This document shows, piece after piece, positions 37,634 to 47,730 of a DNA stretch of 64,000 nucleotides. The position numbers were made by a program, and so were the translations under genes. Origin of the DNA: an uncultured delta proteobacterium. Its GTDB lineage: Bacteria; Desulfobacterota; Binatia; UBA9968. The DNA lies in the NCBI GenBank assembly GCA_963816145.1, contig CAWFJP010000017.1, positions 251,435 through 315,434 on the forward strand, given 5' to 3'. Below the pieces are notes generated by a model that worked only from the letters and a program-made list of their open reading frames with translations, was not told the origin of the DNA and searched no databases. Numbering within the stretch: position 1 is the stretch's first letter; every line of letters begins with the position of its first letter.

Positions 37634-40384
37634 TTACTCCAGTGCGGCGGCGTGAATGTCGAGCGCGACGAGTTTCAGTAGTTCGTCGTCCTTCATCTCG
37701 GTCAGCAGCAGATCGGCTCCGCCCTCGAGCAGATCCTGCGATAGCTGTCGTTTCGAGTCAATCAGCGCGTCGATTTTCTCCTCCACTGTGCCGCGGCACA
37801 AGAACTTCTGGATGAGCACATTCTTGGTCTGACCGATGCGGAAGGCGCGATCCGTCGCTTGGTTTTCGACCGCTGGATTCCACCAACGATCGAAATGAAC
37901 GACGTGCGTTGCCGCAGTCAAATTAAGCCCGGTTCCGCCCGCCTTCAACGATAGCACGAAGAACGGCACGGCTTCGTCTTCCTGAAACTGGCGCACAAGA
38001 GACTGGCGCTTCTTCACGTCGGTTTCGCCGTGCAGCACAAGTCCAGGATGGCCAAACACCGAGCCCAGAAACGCCGCCAGCGGCGCCGTGACTTCGCGGA
38101 ATTGCGTAAAGACCAATACCTTTTCCTGCCTCGCAGCAATAACCTCGACAATCTCGCGCAGGCGCGCGAACTTGCCGCTGTCCGCTTCGGCCCATGCGCC
38201 GTCGCCGAGCCATTGCGATGGGTGATTGCAGATTTGTTTGAAACGCATCAGAAAGGCGAGGATTATACCACGACGCTCGATGCCGGCGGTCTTATCAAGT
38301 CGTTCGGATAATTCCGTCACCGCTTCCTGATACAGCGCGGCCTGCTTGCGTGTGAGTTGGCAGAACGCCTTCAACTCGGTCTTGTCCGGCAAATCCGCGA
38401 TGACGCTTTTGTCCGTCTTTAACCGCCTCAAGATGTATGGCCGCACCAACTCGCGCAGGGGCGCGTAGGGATTATGCGGCCTTTCGGCGAGGCGTTTGGT
38501 GAACGTCGTGAATTCCTTGCTCGATCCGAGCAGGCCCGGATTGATGAAGTCGAAGATCGACCAAAGATCTCCGAGCCGGTTTTCCACCGGCGTGCCGGTA
38601 AGCGCGATCCGCGCTTGAGCATCTATCTGCTTGGCCGCCCGTGTTTGCCGGGCGGCGGGGTTCTTGATCGCCTGCGCCTCGTCCAGCACGGCCAGTCGCC
38701 ATTGGATTTTCAAAATTTCGGCAACGCGCGAGAGCGTTCCGTAGCTCGTGATGACCAGATCGACGCCGGCGAGGCGGTGCGCCTCAAGACTACGCAATTC
38801 GGCGGCTGGCAGCGCCGATGGATGCGCGACGACCACCTTCAGACTTGGCGCGAAACGTGCAATTTCCGCTGCCCAGTTGGCCAATAACGACGCCGGCGCG
38901 ACGAGCAGACTAGGCCGCCCCGGACCGGCGCCGTCGCGCCGCAAGACGAGCATCAGCGCGAGCACCTGCATCGTCTTGCCCAGTCCCATATCGTCAGCCA
39001 GGCAGGCGCCGAGACCGAGCGTGGACAGGAGGTGGAGCCAGCGCAGGCCGGCCTGCTGATACGGCCGCAGCGTCGTTTTCAGTTCATCCCCTGGTTTCAA
39101 GCGCGCGAGTGCTTGCGGATGGCGGAGCTCTTCGAGAGTTTCAGCAAACCACGGACCCGCGACAATGCGCGACCAGTCGAGCGCTGCCGGATCCGCGGGA
39201 GCGCTGTCAGAGACGTTTGCGCCCGCGAGCATGCGCATGGCGTCTGCGAAAGTCATTCCGGTCTCAGCCGCCGCTTTTTCAACGGCGCGAAACTGGTCGA
39301 GCATTCTGGCGAGCTTCTCGCGATCCACTTCGACCCAGCGGCCGCGAACCAGATGCAGGCCATTGGAGTCTGCGAGCAGCTTCGCTATCTCGGCTTCGCT
39401 TAAGCGCTCGCCATCGAGCGTGACTTCCATGCGGAAATCCAGCAGCGCGTCCGTGCCGATTCCCGATGGCGGCTTGCCGCCCACGGTCGCAGTCACTTGA
39501 GGCCGCGATGGACGATTCGCTCGCCAAGCGCTTGGCACGCGCACGATCACACCCGCCGCTTCGAGGAGCGGTAGATCCTTCAGCAGTTGAAAAGCCTCTG
39601 CGGGTGTCCAGCGCAGCGGGTGAAAGACCTCGGCGGAATCGACCATCGCCTTGAGCCAGGGACACTGCTCGGCGGCGCGCTGCACTGGCAACAGCAGCGA
39701 CAGCAGCCGCGATTTGTTCGCCGCGCCGGCATACTCGCTGAGCGCCCTGCCGAGCGGCAGGTGTTGAGCCTGCGCCTGCGCCGACAAGCGCGTCGTGTAG
39801 GTGGCCAGGAATGCGAACGGCGCTTCGTTATCTTTGCGGTTCTCGGCGAGATTGAAATGGACCCGTCCAACCAGGTTCCAGGCTGGGTTCTTGCGCTTGA
39901 GGAAGTCCTGGACCGATAGCTTGGACTGCGCCAGTTCCAACCGAAACGCCGCATCGATATCGTTCCAGAGCGTACCCAGAACGGCAGCCGTCAGATATTC
40001 CGCTCCGGTCATCGACGGTGCCGCCAAAGCGAATGAGTCGAGATCCTCGCGCGCCGGCGGCGCTACCGGCGGCAATGCGTGGCCAACTTCGACATCCGCA
40101 AGCGCGCAGCGGGCCGCGACGTAACGCCCGGAAAACTCGCGCCAGTACATGAACACGGGCGGCATCGCTGTCTGAATCTCGGCGGCGCCGAGTTGCAGAA
40201 GACCGTGACCGTGGCCTTGTGTAAACGCTTCCTTCAGTCTCTCCGCGAGATCCGAGGAGAGCGGTGGCGCATCGTCAATCTCTGTGAGCAGCAAACGGCC
40301 CTGTGGCGTGAGGACCGGAGCCAGGAATGTCGTCAGCGTATTGGAGCTATGAACCACGACGGTAATAGACCAGCCTTCTCTCAC
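37634..40384 (-). CDS. SNF2/SWI2-family helicase-like ATPase
   Basis: LRPYQ, LADDMGLGKT, DEAQ, TGTPVEN, RRLK, SLKAGGTGLNL, WWNPAVENQATDRAFRIGQ. True start may be slightly downstream of 40384. Confidence 0.93.
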   Translation of the reverse strand: MREGWSITVVVHSSNTLTTFLAPVLTPQGRLLLTEIDDAPPLSSDLAERLKEAFTQGHGHGLLQLGAAEIQTAMPPVFMYWREFSGRYVAARCALADVEVGHALPPVAPPAREDLDSFALAAPSMTGAEYLTAAVLGTLWNDIDAAFRLELAQSKLSVQDFLKRKNPAWNLVGRVHFNLAENRKDNEAPFAFLATYTTRLSAQAQAQHLPLGRALSEYAGAANKSRLLSLLLPVQRAAEQCPWLKAMVDSAEVFHPLRWTPAEAFQLLKDLPLLEAAGVIVRVPSAWRANRPSRPQVTATVGGKPPSGIGTDALLDFRMEVTLDGERLSEAEIAKLLADSNGLHLVRGRWVEVDREKLARMLDQFRAVEKAAAETGMTFADAMRMLAGANVSDSAPADPAALDWSRIVAGPWFAETLEELRHPQALARLKPGDELKTTLRPYQQAGLRWLHLLSTLGLGACLADDMGLGKTMQVLALMLVLRRDGAGPGRPSLLVAPASLLANWAAEIARFAPSLKVVVAHPSALPAAELRSLEAHRLAGVDLVITSYGTLSRVAEILKIQWRLAVLDEAQAIKNPAARQTRAAKQIDAQARIALTGTPVENRLGDLWSIFDFINPGLLGSSKEFTTFTKRLAERPHNPYAPLRELVRPYILRRLKTDKSVIADLPDKTELKAFCQLTRKQAALYQEAVTELSERLDKTAGIERRGIILAFLMRFKQICNHPSQWLGDGAWAEADSGKFARLREIVEVIAARQEKVLVFTQFREVTAPLAAFLGSVFGHPGLVLHGETDVKKRQSLVRQFQEDEAVPFFVLSLKAGGTGLNLTAATHVVHFDRWWNPAVENQATDRAFRIGQTKNVLIQKFLCRGTVEEKIDALIDSKRQLSQDLLEGGADLLLTEMKDDELLKLVALDIHAAALE

Positions 40385-40585
40385 AAACCCGAAAGGGGAT
40401 CAAGCTTTAGTTTAGCTTCGGATCGAGCGAACTTGCTTACGATTTTTTCAGCGACGACTCTGCCGTTCGTCCAGATGGCGGAACCGTAGGATACGCCGTA
40501 AATATATGAAGAAAGAAGGATAGCAGACCAGCGTTGAGCTTAAAGCGCAGCCGTCCCCTGCTTTTTTCAAAATACTATCTGCGGT

Positions 40586-40939
40586 TTATACCAGAGGCGT
40601 AACTGTGGTCCGATTTATTTCTAAAAGCATATGCTGTTCCAAAGCAGCCTCTATTTCTGACAAATGATTCTCGAACAGAGAACACAATTCTCCCTTGGAC
40701 ATGTTTCCTCTCTTGACCAGAACCAGCCTCCACGGACGGCCTAATACCAGATGGGAATAGAAGAAGTCCGAATCTTTAGAAATAACGACACGCTGCTGGT
40801 CGACCGAGATCTGATTTAGTATGTTGTCCTTAGTGGCATTTTGCGCTGTAAGATCAAGCGTGTGGGTTTCATCGTGGCCATATCGCGCCAGCACCGCACG
40901 GAGACTCGGCGGCAAGTGCGCGTCCACGAGAAACTTCAT
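40586..40939 (-). CDS. DUF5615 PIN-like toxin (VapC45-like)
   Basis: MKFLVDAHLP, KD, VVISKDSDF; ATG overlaps the natural stop of the upstream antitoxin (ATGA). Confidence 0.85.
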   Translation of the reverse strand: MKFLVDAHLPPSLRAVLARYGHDETHTLDLTAQNATKDNILNQISVDQQRVVISKDSDFFYSHLVLGRPWRLVLVKRGNMSKGELCSLFENHLSEIEAALEQHMLLEINRTTVTPLV

Positions 40940-41175
40940 GTGAGCGAAAGGTGGGTGGATTTCGCGGCTAACATCCGGCGCGCGAACTAATGACAAGCAA
41001 GAATATCTTCGCGCTCCAGGTCCGGAAATTCCTTCAGCAAATCTTCAATCGTGTCACCGCCGGCGAAATATTCCAGAAGACTTTCAACCGGATACCGCAG
41101 CCCCCGAATGCAAGGCTTGCCGTGGCATATTTCCGGATCCAGAGTGATGCGAGAAATCAAACTTTTATAAGACAT
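40936..41175 (-). pseudogene. DUF433 antitoxin with in-frame TAG at 40987-40989
   Basis: [21 protein letters not shown]...[13 protein letters not shown]; after the TAG the same frame continues FARRMLAAKSTHLSLT* to 40936. Confidence 0.8.
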
Positions 41176-41249
41176 AAAAGAATTCTACACGCCCCTCCGT
41201 GGGTTGCAAGTTCCAAAAGATTCACACGTTATGGGGGCATAATCGGGTG

Positions 41250-41403
41250 GGGTTACCGAAGATCAAAATCCGCTGACGTTGTTGCTACTAATATTGGTTG
41301 CGACGAGAGTAACCGTGTTCCTGACTGTGGTCATGATTACCATCGTGCTTGGCTAATTCACTCTAAAAAAGTGTCGCGAAAAGCGTCGTGAAATGAACGG
41401 CAA
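41250..41403. repeat. Diverged direct repeat, copy B (copy A 9921-10074)
   Basis: Ends in AAAAAAGTGTCGCGAAAAGCGTCGTGAAATGAACGGCAA, 37/39 identical to 10036-10074. Confidence 0.85.
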
Positions 41404-41486
41404 AAAGGGCGAAATCTGGGGGAACGAGGAGGAATTTCCGAAAGTTGATTTCTTTCTGGATTTAAAAAAGTGCGCAAGGATTTTAA

Positions 41487-43474
41487 CCCGACTTCGCGGA
41501 TTCGCCACCGGAAAAAAAGTTTAGGCGAGCGTAAGGTTTTGGAATTGCACGAGTTGAGTGATCGAAGACAGCGAAATCAGCTGTAGTGGAGCAACCTCCT
41601 CCCTTTTCAAACCTCTCGCAATCGGCATAATGGCGGCCATGTTTTTGCGCTCGACAACCCGCAAGAAAAACGGCAAGCAGCACCGCTACTTCAGTATCGT
41701 CGAGAACCAGCGTCTGGCCGACGGGCGAGTCGTGCAGCGTCACGTCTTGTATCTCGGTGAGATCAACTCGTCGCAAGAGTTAGCGTGGCGTAAATCGATC
41801 GAAGTCTTTGAAGAGGGGAAAGACAAGCCGAGCACCCTTGCGCTGTTTCCCGAAGATCGCTGCGAAGCGGAGATCTGTGATGAGTCGATGGTGCGGGTGC
41901 GTCTGTCCGAGCTGCGGTTGTGTCGGCCGCGGCAGTGGGGAGCCTGCTGGTTGGTGGTCAAGTTGTGGCGGGAGTTGGAACTGGACCGCTTTTGGCGGGA
42001 GCGACTGGGGCGCAGTCGCAAAGGAACGCGCTGGGACGAGGTTTTGTTGGTGCTGGTGGCCTATCGGCTGATTGCTCCTGGCAGCGAGTGGCGCTTACAC
42101 CGCCAGTGGTTTGGGCAAAGCGCCCTGGGGGATTTACTGTCAGCCGATACTTCGCTGGCCGACTCGCACAAGCTCTATGGCTGCCATGATCTGTTGCTTG
42201 AACATAAACAGGCCTTGTTCGATCACTTGATCGGGCGTTGGCGCGATCTATTCAACTTGAGCTTCGAAGTCTTGCTCTATGATTTGACCAGCACCTATTT
42301 CGAGTCCAATCCTCCTGACGATGAGAATGACAAGCGGCGTTTTGGTTACAGCCGAGACAAGCGCAGCGATTGTGTGCAGGTGGTCATTGCGCTGATCGTC
42401 ACGCCGCAGGGCTTTCCGCTGGCTTACGAAGTGTTGGCAGGCAATACCAAGGACAGCAGCACACTCAGGGAGTTTCTCGACAAGATCGAGAAGCAATACG
42501 GCAAAGCGGAGCGCATCTGGTTAATGGATCGGGGCGTTCCGACAGAAAGCGTGCTCGAACAGATGCGCCAGAGCGATCCGGCGGTGAAATACTTGGTGGG
42601 CACGCCCAAGGGACGGCTTAGTCGCTTGGAGAAACAACTCACAGACAAGCCTTGGCATCAGGCGCGGCCCGGAGTCGAGGTCAAGCTGCTGGCGCAAGAC
42701 GACGAACTCTATGTGCTGGCCCAAAGTGAGGATCGGGTCAACAAGGAGCGCTCCATGCGCCGGCGCCAACTGAAGTGGCTGTGGGCAAGACTCAAACAAC
42801 TGAGCACCATGAAGCTCAAGCGCGAAGAGCTTTTGATGAAGCTCGGAGCCGCCAAACAAAAAACTCCCAGTGCTTGGCGCCTGGTCCAAATCGAAGTGGA
42901 TAAGGATAAAGCCGCTTTTACTTACCGGTTCGATCGAGAGAAGTTACGTCGCCAACGTCGGCGTGAAGGGCGCTACTTATTGCGCACCAATCTGACCGAA
43001 TCCGATCCGGCTAAGCTCTGGAGCTTGTATCTGCAACTGGTCAATGTCGAAGAGGCGTTTAAGAATCTCAAGGGCGATCTGGCGGTCCGGCCGATCTTTC
43101 ATCAGAGCGAAAAACGGATTGAGGCGCACATTTTGGTTTCATTTTTGGCTTATTGTCTGCACATCACTCTGACCGAAAGACTACGCTCACTGGCACCGGG
43201 GCTCACTGCGCGCAGCGCTTTGGAGAAGTTTGCTGCTATGCAGATGATTGACGTGCATTTGCCAACGACTGACGGTCGCCAACTCATCATGACCCGCACC
43301 ACCCAGCCCCAGCCCGAGCTGCAACTCCTGCTCGACAAGCTTAAACTCCAACTGCCTGCACAACCGCCCCCCAAGATCACACCTGCGCAAGTCGCGGCAG
43401 CCGTGGCTCTGTAGTGCAGACCTGGGTACCCAGCTTGTTGGTTTTTCAACTACTTAACCCCTTTGACCCTCCAG
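41487..43474 (+). mobile_element. IS1634-family element, right end apparently missing
   Basis: Starts CCCGACTTCGCGG after TTAA and contains a full transposase; no matching right inverted repeat seen. Confidence 0.75.
41639..43414 (+). CDS. IS1634-family DDE transposase
   Basis: LLYDLTSTYFE, GYSRDKRSDCVQ, MDRG, VEEAFKNLKGDL, RPIFHQ. Confidence 0.9.
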   Translation: MFLRSTTRKKNGKQHRYFSIVENQRLADGRVVQRHVLYLGEINSSQELAWRKSIEVFEEGKDKPSTLALFPEDRCEAEICDESMVRVRLSELRLCRPRQWGACWLVVKLWRELELDRFWRERLGRSRKGTRWDEVLLVLVAYRLIAPGSEWRLHRQWFGQSALGDLLSADTSLADSHKLYGCHDLLLEHKQALFDHLIGRWRDLFNLSFEVLLYDLTSTYFESNPPDDENDKRRFGYSRDKRSDCVQVVIALIVTPQGFPLAYEVLAGNTKDSSTLREFLDKIEKQYGKAERIWLMDRGVPTESVLEQMRQSDPAVKYLVGTPKGRLSRLEKQLTDKPWHQARPGVEVKLLAQDDELYVLAQSEDRVNKERSMRRRQLKWLWARLKQLSTMKLKREELLMKLGAAKQKTPSAWRLVQIEVDKDKAAFTYRFDREKLRRQRRREGRYLLRTNLTESDPAKLWSLYLQLVNVEEAFKNLKGDLAVRPIFHQSEKRIEAHILVSFLAYCLHITLTERLRSLAPGLTARSALEKFAAMQMIDVHLPTTDGRQLIMTRTTQPQPELQLLLDKLKLQLPAQPPPKITPAQVAAAVAL

Positions 43475-43561
43475 AGATAAACAAAGATATGCGCTTAGAG
43501 GCGAGAGGGAAGCTGGTGGCGGCAATGAAGATAGTTTTTCGAAGGCCGGAAGCTTCGAATC

Positions 43562-44986
43562 TCGATCCAGTTGGATGTAGAACTGCCAGAGCTGAGCGGG
43601 CTCTCGGCCCGACAGATTGGTCCGTAGCAGATAGCGGCCCTCGCGCCGGCGCACTTCTCTCAACTTTTGCCGATTGAGCCGGAAAGAGAAAGTGACATGG
43701 GCCGAGTGAGTTTTTGATTCAGGTAGGACAATGTCCATCAAGCGCCAAGCAGAGGGATATTTCCCCTTGGCCGCTCCCAGTTTGAGCAGCAAGTTTTGGC
43801 TGCTGTTAAATTTCATCTCGTTGAGTTCTTTAAGCCGTTTTAACAGTGCTCTAAGCTGACGCCGACGCATGGCGCGTTCTTTGTCGATGCGCTGGTGACT
43901 CTTGGCCAGTACGTAGAGTTCTTGCTCTTGGGCTAACAGTTTCACTTCGACCCCCGAGCGCACCGTGGTAAAGGGCAAAGCTAAAAGTTTTTGCTCCAGC
44001 TGGCTGAGTCTCCCTTTGGGCGTGCCCACCAAGTAGTAAACCGGTGGATCACTGTGACGCATTTCGCTTAAAACCTCTTCGGTGGGAATGCCGCGATCCA
44101 TCACCCAGATGCGCTCGGCTTTGCCGTACTGGGTTTCAATCTTGTTTAAAAACTCCTTAAGCGTGGTTCGGTCCGAGGTGTTGCCCGCCAGCACTTCGTA
44201 GGCCAAGGGAAACCCTTCAGGGGTGACCACCAACGCGATGACCACTTGGACGCAGTCCGAACGCTTGTCGCGGCTGTAGCCATAGCGCCGCTTGTCGTTC
44301 TCATCAGCCGGTCGACTGGACTCGAAATAAGTGCTGGTCAGATCGTAGAGCAGCACGTCAAACTTGGCGCCAAATAGATCCTGCCATCGCTCGGTGAGAT
44401 GACTGAACAGCGCTGGCTTGTGCTCCAGCACTTTGTCCAGACAGCGATACAGCGCATTTTTCTCCACCAGCGCATAATCCTCGCCGAGCAGATCCCCCAT
44501 CGCGCTTGTGTCAAACCACAACCGGTGTAACCGCCACTCGCTTCCTGGATCGATCAACCGGTAACATACCAGGGTCTGAAGCACATGCTGCCAACACGTC
44601 CCCTCACGACTATCAGGTAAACGGTGTTGCCAGAACTGATCGAGGGCCAATTGCTCATAAAGATGACAGGCCAACCAGCACGCGCCAAACTGCCGCGGGC
44701 GGTGTAATTCCATCGCCTCAAGGCGTACCTGAACTCCATAACCCTCGGCGTACTCGGGCAACTCCTTTCCAGCGGGGAATAGTGCCAGCTGCGTGCGTTG
44801 TTGCGTCTTTTCATCGAAGGCTTCGATCACCCGACACCACGACTCGCGTTGGCTGTCGTTGATCTCGCCCAGATACAACACCTGGCGCTGCACCACCTTC
44901 CCCCCACCACAGCGCTTGCTCTCAACGATGTTCCAGTAACGATGCTCCTTGCCGTCTTTGATTCGCCGATTGCAGCGCAAATACAT
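43562..44986 (-). pseudogene. Second IS1634-family transposase, 3'-truncated
   Basis: Same motifs as the first copy, but homology stops at LWQFYIQL, just before the catalytic E of VExAFK; the ORF runs on through unrelated sequence to 43454. Confidence 0.85.
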
Positions 44987-45140
44987 CTTGGCGTTCGATT
45001 GTACGCAAAAACTTGCGCTTGAAAAGATCCTTGGTCTACACTACAGCCACTTTGAAACTCTCACCCCTTGAAATGACAAAACTTTTTCACACTCAGACCC
45101 GTAAAAAAATCTTATTTCGATGCGAGTTGAGAAAGTTGGG
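43562..45140 (-). mobile_element. Partial IS1634-family element
   Basis: Left end on the minus strand CCCAACTTTCTCAAC from 45140, flanked by CTAG. Confidence 0.7.
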
Positions 45141-45410
45141 CTAGTAGCTTGCCCCATGACTGATTTTGAGTCCTAAACTACGAAGGACTTTTTGGAAAGG
45201 CGCTATCGCCGGCCCGAGAAACGAGTGGGGTTAATGTAGCGGGAGCTTCGGTGTGTCGGAAAGCGAATTGGACTGTAGCTAAAAGTGTAGCTGTAGCGAT
45301 GCGATAAGTGACAGTAACGGGCGCTATAGAGTTTAGGTTGCTCTTAAAGACTGCTGCAAATACAAATGCTTAGCAACTCGCGTCACGCCTTATCATCAAG
45401 GCCCAAATTC

Positions 45411-45448
45411 TTACGAATCAGTTGCTCTACCAACTGAGCTAGGGTGGC
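45411..45448 (-). tRNA. 5' half (nt 1-38) of tRNA-Thr(CGT); att-site-like fragment
   Basis: Minus strand GCCACCC TA GCTC AGTTGGTA GAGC A ACTGA TTCGTAA: acceptor 5' strand, D arm, anticodon 5' stem and loop with CGT, then non-tRNA sequence. Confidence 0.85.
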
Positions 45449-45754
45449 TTACGTGGGCCTGACGAAGTGAATAATGCCTGCAATGACGAATGAGCCGATA
45501 AAGGCAGCGATCATGTCGGCAATTACGCGGAGCTCAAGCAGGCTGTCTAGGTACTCGGTGTACTGGTAATACGCTATCATGAAATGGCCTAGGAAGAAAC
45601 CGCAGAGGCCGATGATTGTGAAGCCTAACACCCCTGGTCGGCGCTCAGCAGCGACGATTCGCGTTGCGAGAAAGCCAGCGATAAATGCTATGACCAAGCT
45701 CAGGACTGGGTTCGACTGGATATAGACTAGGATGTCCTGAGTGATTTGCTGCAA
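45449..45754 (-). CDS. Small 3-TM membrane protein
   Basis: Three hydrophobic segments; follows thiE in the same direction. Confidence 0.7.
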   Translation of the reverse strand: MQQITQDILVYIQSNPVLSLVIAFIAGFLATRIVAAERRPGVLGFTIIGLCGFFLGHFMIAYYQYTEYLDSLLELRVIADMIAAFIGSFVIAGIIHFVRPT

Positions 45755-45758
45755 AAGC

Positions 45759-46385
45759 TTACCTCGTTAGTAGCGCTATGATTTGCTTGGCTGCTAGCGC
45801 GGGATCTTCGGCGCTCATAATTGCTGAGATCAATGCAACCCCGCGGCTGCCGACAGACTTGGCCTCCAGTGCGTTGTCCGCCTTGATTCCGCCAATAGCA
45901 TAAACGGCCAGCGAAATATTTTCCACTATAAATTGCAGCGCTTTTATCCCTTGCGGTACGCCCAAATCGGCTTTGGATGGTGTGAAATAGACAGGACCGA
46001 AAACGACAAAATCGGCACCTTCCTGTTCTGCCCTGCGTGCACCATCCAGCGAATGGGTAGAAACGCCGATGCTGCGGTGAGCGCCAAGAAGCGAGCGAGC
46101 GGCAGGCACCGGTATGGAGGCTTCGCCGAGATGAACACCGGCGGCGTCGACAGCTAGCGCGACATCGACTCGGTCGTTGATGAAGAGCTGGGTATTATAT
46201 CGTTGACAGAGCCGAGTGACCCGCTCGGCTAGGGTAAAGAGTTCCTTGCCGCTTAGGTTTTTTTCGCGCAGTTGGACCGCTTTGACGCCACCGTCCAGAG
46301 CTCGCTCAAGTACCCATACCAGATCGCGGCCATGGGTGAGCTTACGGTCGGTAATGAGGTAGAGATCAAAATTTGGCTGGGGCAC
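45759..46385 (-). CDS. thiE: Thiamine-phosphate synthase
   Basis: LYLITD, VQLREK, INDRVD, GVSTH, GPVYFTPSK, AIGGI. Confidence 0.95.
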   Translation of the reverse strand: MPQPNFDLYLITDRKLTHGRDLVWVLERALDGGVKAVQLREKNLSGKELFTLAERVTRLCQRYNTQLFINDRVDVALAVDAAGVHLGEASIPVPAARSLLGAHRSIGVSTHSLDGARRAEQEGADFVVFGPVYFTPSKADLGVPQGIKALQFIVENISLAVYAIGGIKADNALEAKSVGSRGVALISAIMSAEDPALAAKQIIALLTR

Positions 46386-46394
46386 TTGCGTCGT

Positions 46395-47174
46395 TTAGCT
46401 GAGCATCCCATCCAACGGGCTTGACGCGGTGGCGTAAAGTTTTTTTGGTATGCGGCCGGCAAGATAAGCTTTGCGCCCGGCTTCAACGCCTTGGCGCATC
46501 GCTTCGGCCATCAAGATCGGATCTTTGGCGCTAGCGATGGCGGTGTTCATCAAGACGCCGGCACAGCCCATTTCCATGGCGACCGCTGCATCCGAAGCTG
46601 TGCCCACGCCCGCATCGACGATTACCGGCACTTTGGCATGCTCCAAGATAATGCGGATGTTGTAGGGATTTCTAATGCCAAGTCCAGACCCAATGGGCGC
46701 CGCCAGCGGCATGACTGCGGCGCAACCGATGTCTTCGAGCTTTTTCGCCGTGATCGGATCGTCGGTAATGTAGGGCAGGACGATAAATCCCTCTTTCACT
46801 AAGATCTTGGCGGCGTCGAGAGTCGCCGGTACGTCGGGGAAAAGTGTCCGGTCATCGCCGATCACTTCGAGCTTGACGAGTTTACCCACGCCCGCTTCGC
46901 GGGCGAGCCGGCAGGTGCGCACGGCGTCATCGGCGTTGTAGCACCCGGCGGTGTTGGGCAGGATCGTATATTTCTTCGGGTCGAGGTAATCAAGCAGATT
47001 TTCCTTGTTCGGATCGGTGATATTGACCCGGCGCACCGCCACCGTGACGATCTCGGCGCCGGACACTTCGATCGCTTTCTTGGTTTCGGCAAAATCTTTG
47101 TATTTCCCGGTACCGACGATGAGTCGCGAGCGGAATTTTTGCCCGGCCAATTCAAAAAAATCTTCCATGTTCAT
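46395..47174 (-). CDS. thiG: Thiazole synthase
   Basis: [43 protein letters not shown]. Confidence 0.97.
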   Translation of the reverse strand: MNMEDFFELAGQKFRSRLIVGTGKYKDFAETKKAIEVSGAEIVTVAVRRVNITDPNKENLLDYLDPKKYTILPNTAGCYNADDAVRTCRLAREAGVGKLVKLEVIGDDRTLFPDVPATLDAAKILVKEGFIVLPYITDDPITAKKLEDIGCAAVMPLAAPIGSGLGIRNPYNIRIILEHAKVPVIVDAGVGTASDAAVAMEMGCAGVLMNTAIASAKDPILMAEAMRQGVEAGRKAYLAGRIPKKLYATASSPLDGMLS

Positions 47175-47371
47175 CCTCCGCCCACGAAGTGGACGATTTC
47201 TAGTGTATCGCCGTCGTTTATCAATGTCGCGCTATAGGTGTCGCGCGGGACGATATCCCGGTTGCGTTCGACCACCACGCGACCGGGACGGATCTGTAAC
47301 AATTCTAGCAGCGCGGTCAGCGTTAATCCGTTGTCCATCTCACGGTCTTCGCCGTTAATCTTTATTCTCAT
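47171..47371 (-). CDS. thiS: Sulfur carrier protein
   Basis: MRIKINGE...[10 protein letters not shown] with C-terminal GG. Confidence 0.95.
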   Translation of the reverse strand: MRIKINGEDREMDNGLTLTALLELLQIRPGRVVVERNRDIVPRDTYSATLINDGDTLEIVHFVGGG

Positions 47372-47377
47372 GGCAAT

Positions 47378-47428
47378 AAAAAACCGCATTCACTTAGACC
47401 ACGGAGCGGTGGTCAGGGAATACGGTTT
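47378..47428 (-). terminator. Riboswitch expression-platform terminator
   Basis: Minus strand AAACCGTATTC-cctgaccac...gtggtc-taagtGAATGCGGTTTTTT hairpin plus U tract, between the aptamer and thiS. Confidence 0.7.
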
Positions 47429-47473
47429 CAAGTTGGTTGCGCCGACTTAAATTCGACGAAACTGTGACTTTCA

Positions 47474-47561
47474 CGCTTCCCTACGCCGGTGCGACCCGGA
47501 TCAGGTTCAAAGGGTTACCCGTTTTCGGGCTCTCAGTCTGACTCTCGCAGACACCCCTAGC
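47474..47561 (-). ncRNA. TPP riboswitch aptamer
   Basis: Minus strand CTAGGGGTG...CTGAGA...ACCCTTTGAACCTGATCCGGGTCGCACCGGCGTAGGGAAG upstream of thiSGE. Confidence 0.93.
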
Positions 47562-47730
47562 AACGACAGCACCCTTAACAAAGCACTGGGGCCAAGTCAA
47601 ATTCGCGCAGCCCACCGCAAAGTTCCGGACGAGTCGACGGCAGACTTGGCAAGTTTGGTGCGGTAGCCGGATGGCTAATCCCGGCCACCGCGCATTGAAT
47701 CTTGGAATTAAGACCTTTGAGTCCGGCGTT

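Noticed and set aside
37900-40500. Many overlapping antisense and alternate-frame ORFs in the SNF2 gene and other GC-rich genes
   Set aside because: Shadow ORFs expected from high GC content, with no motifs.
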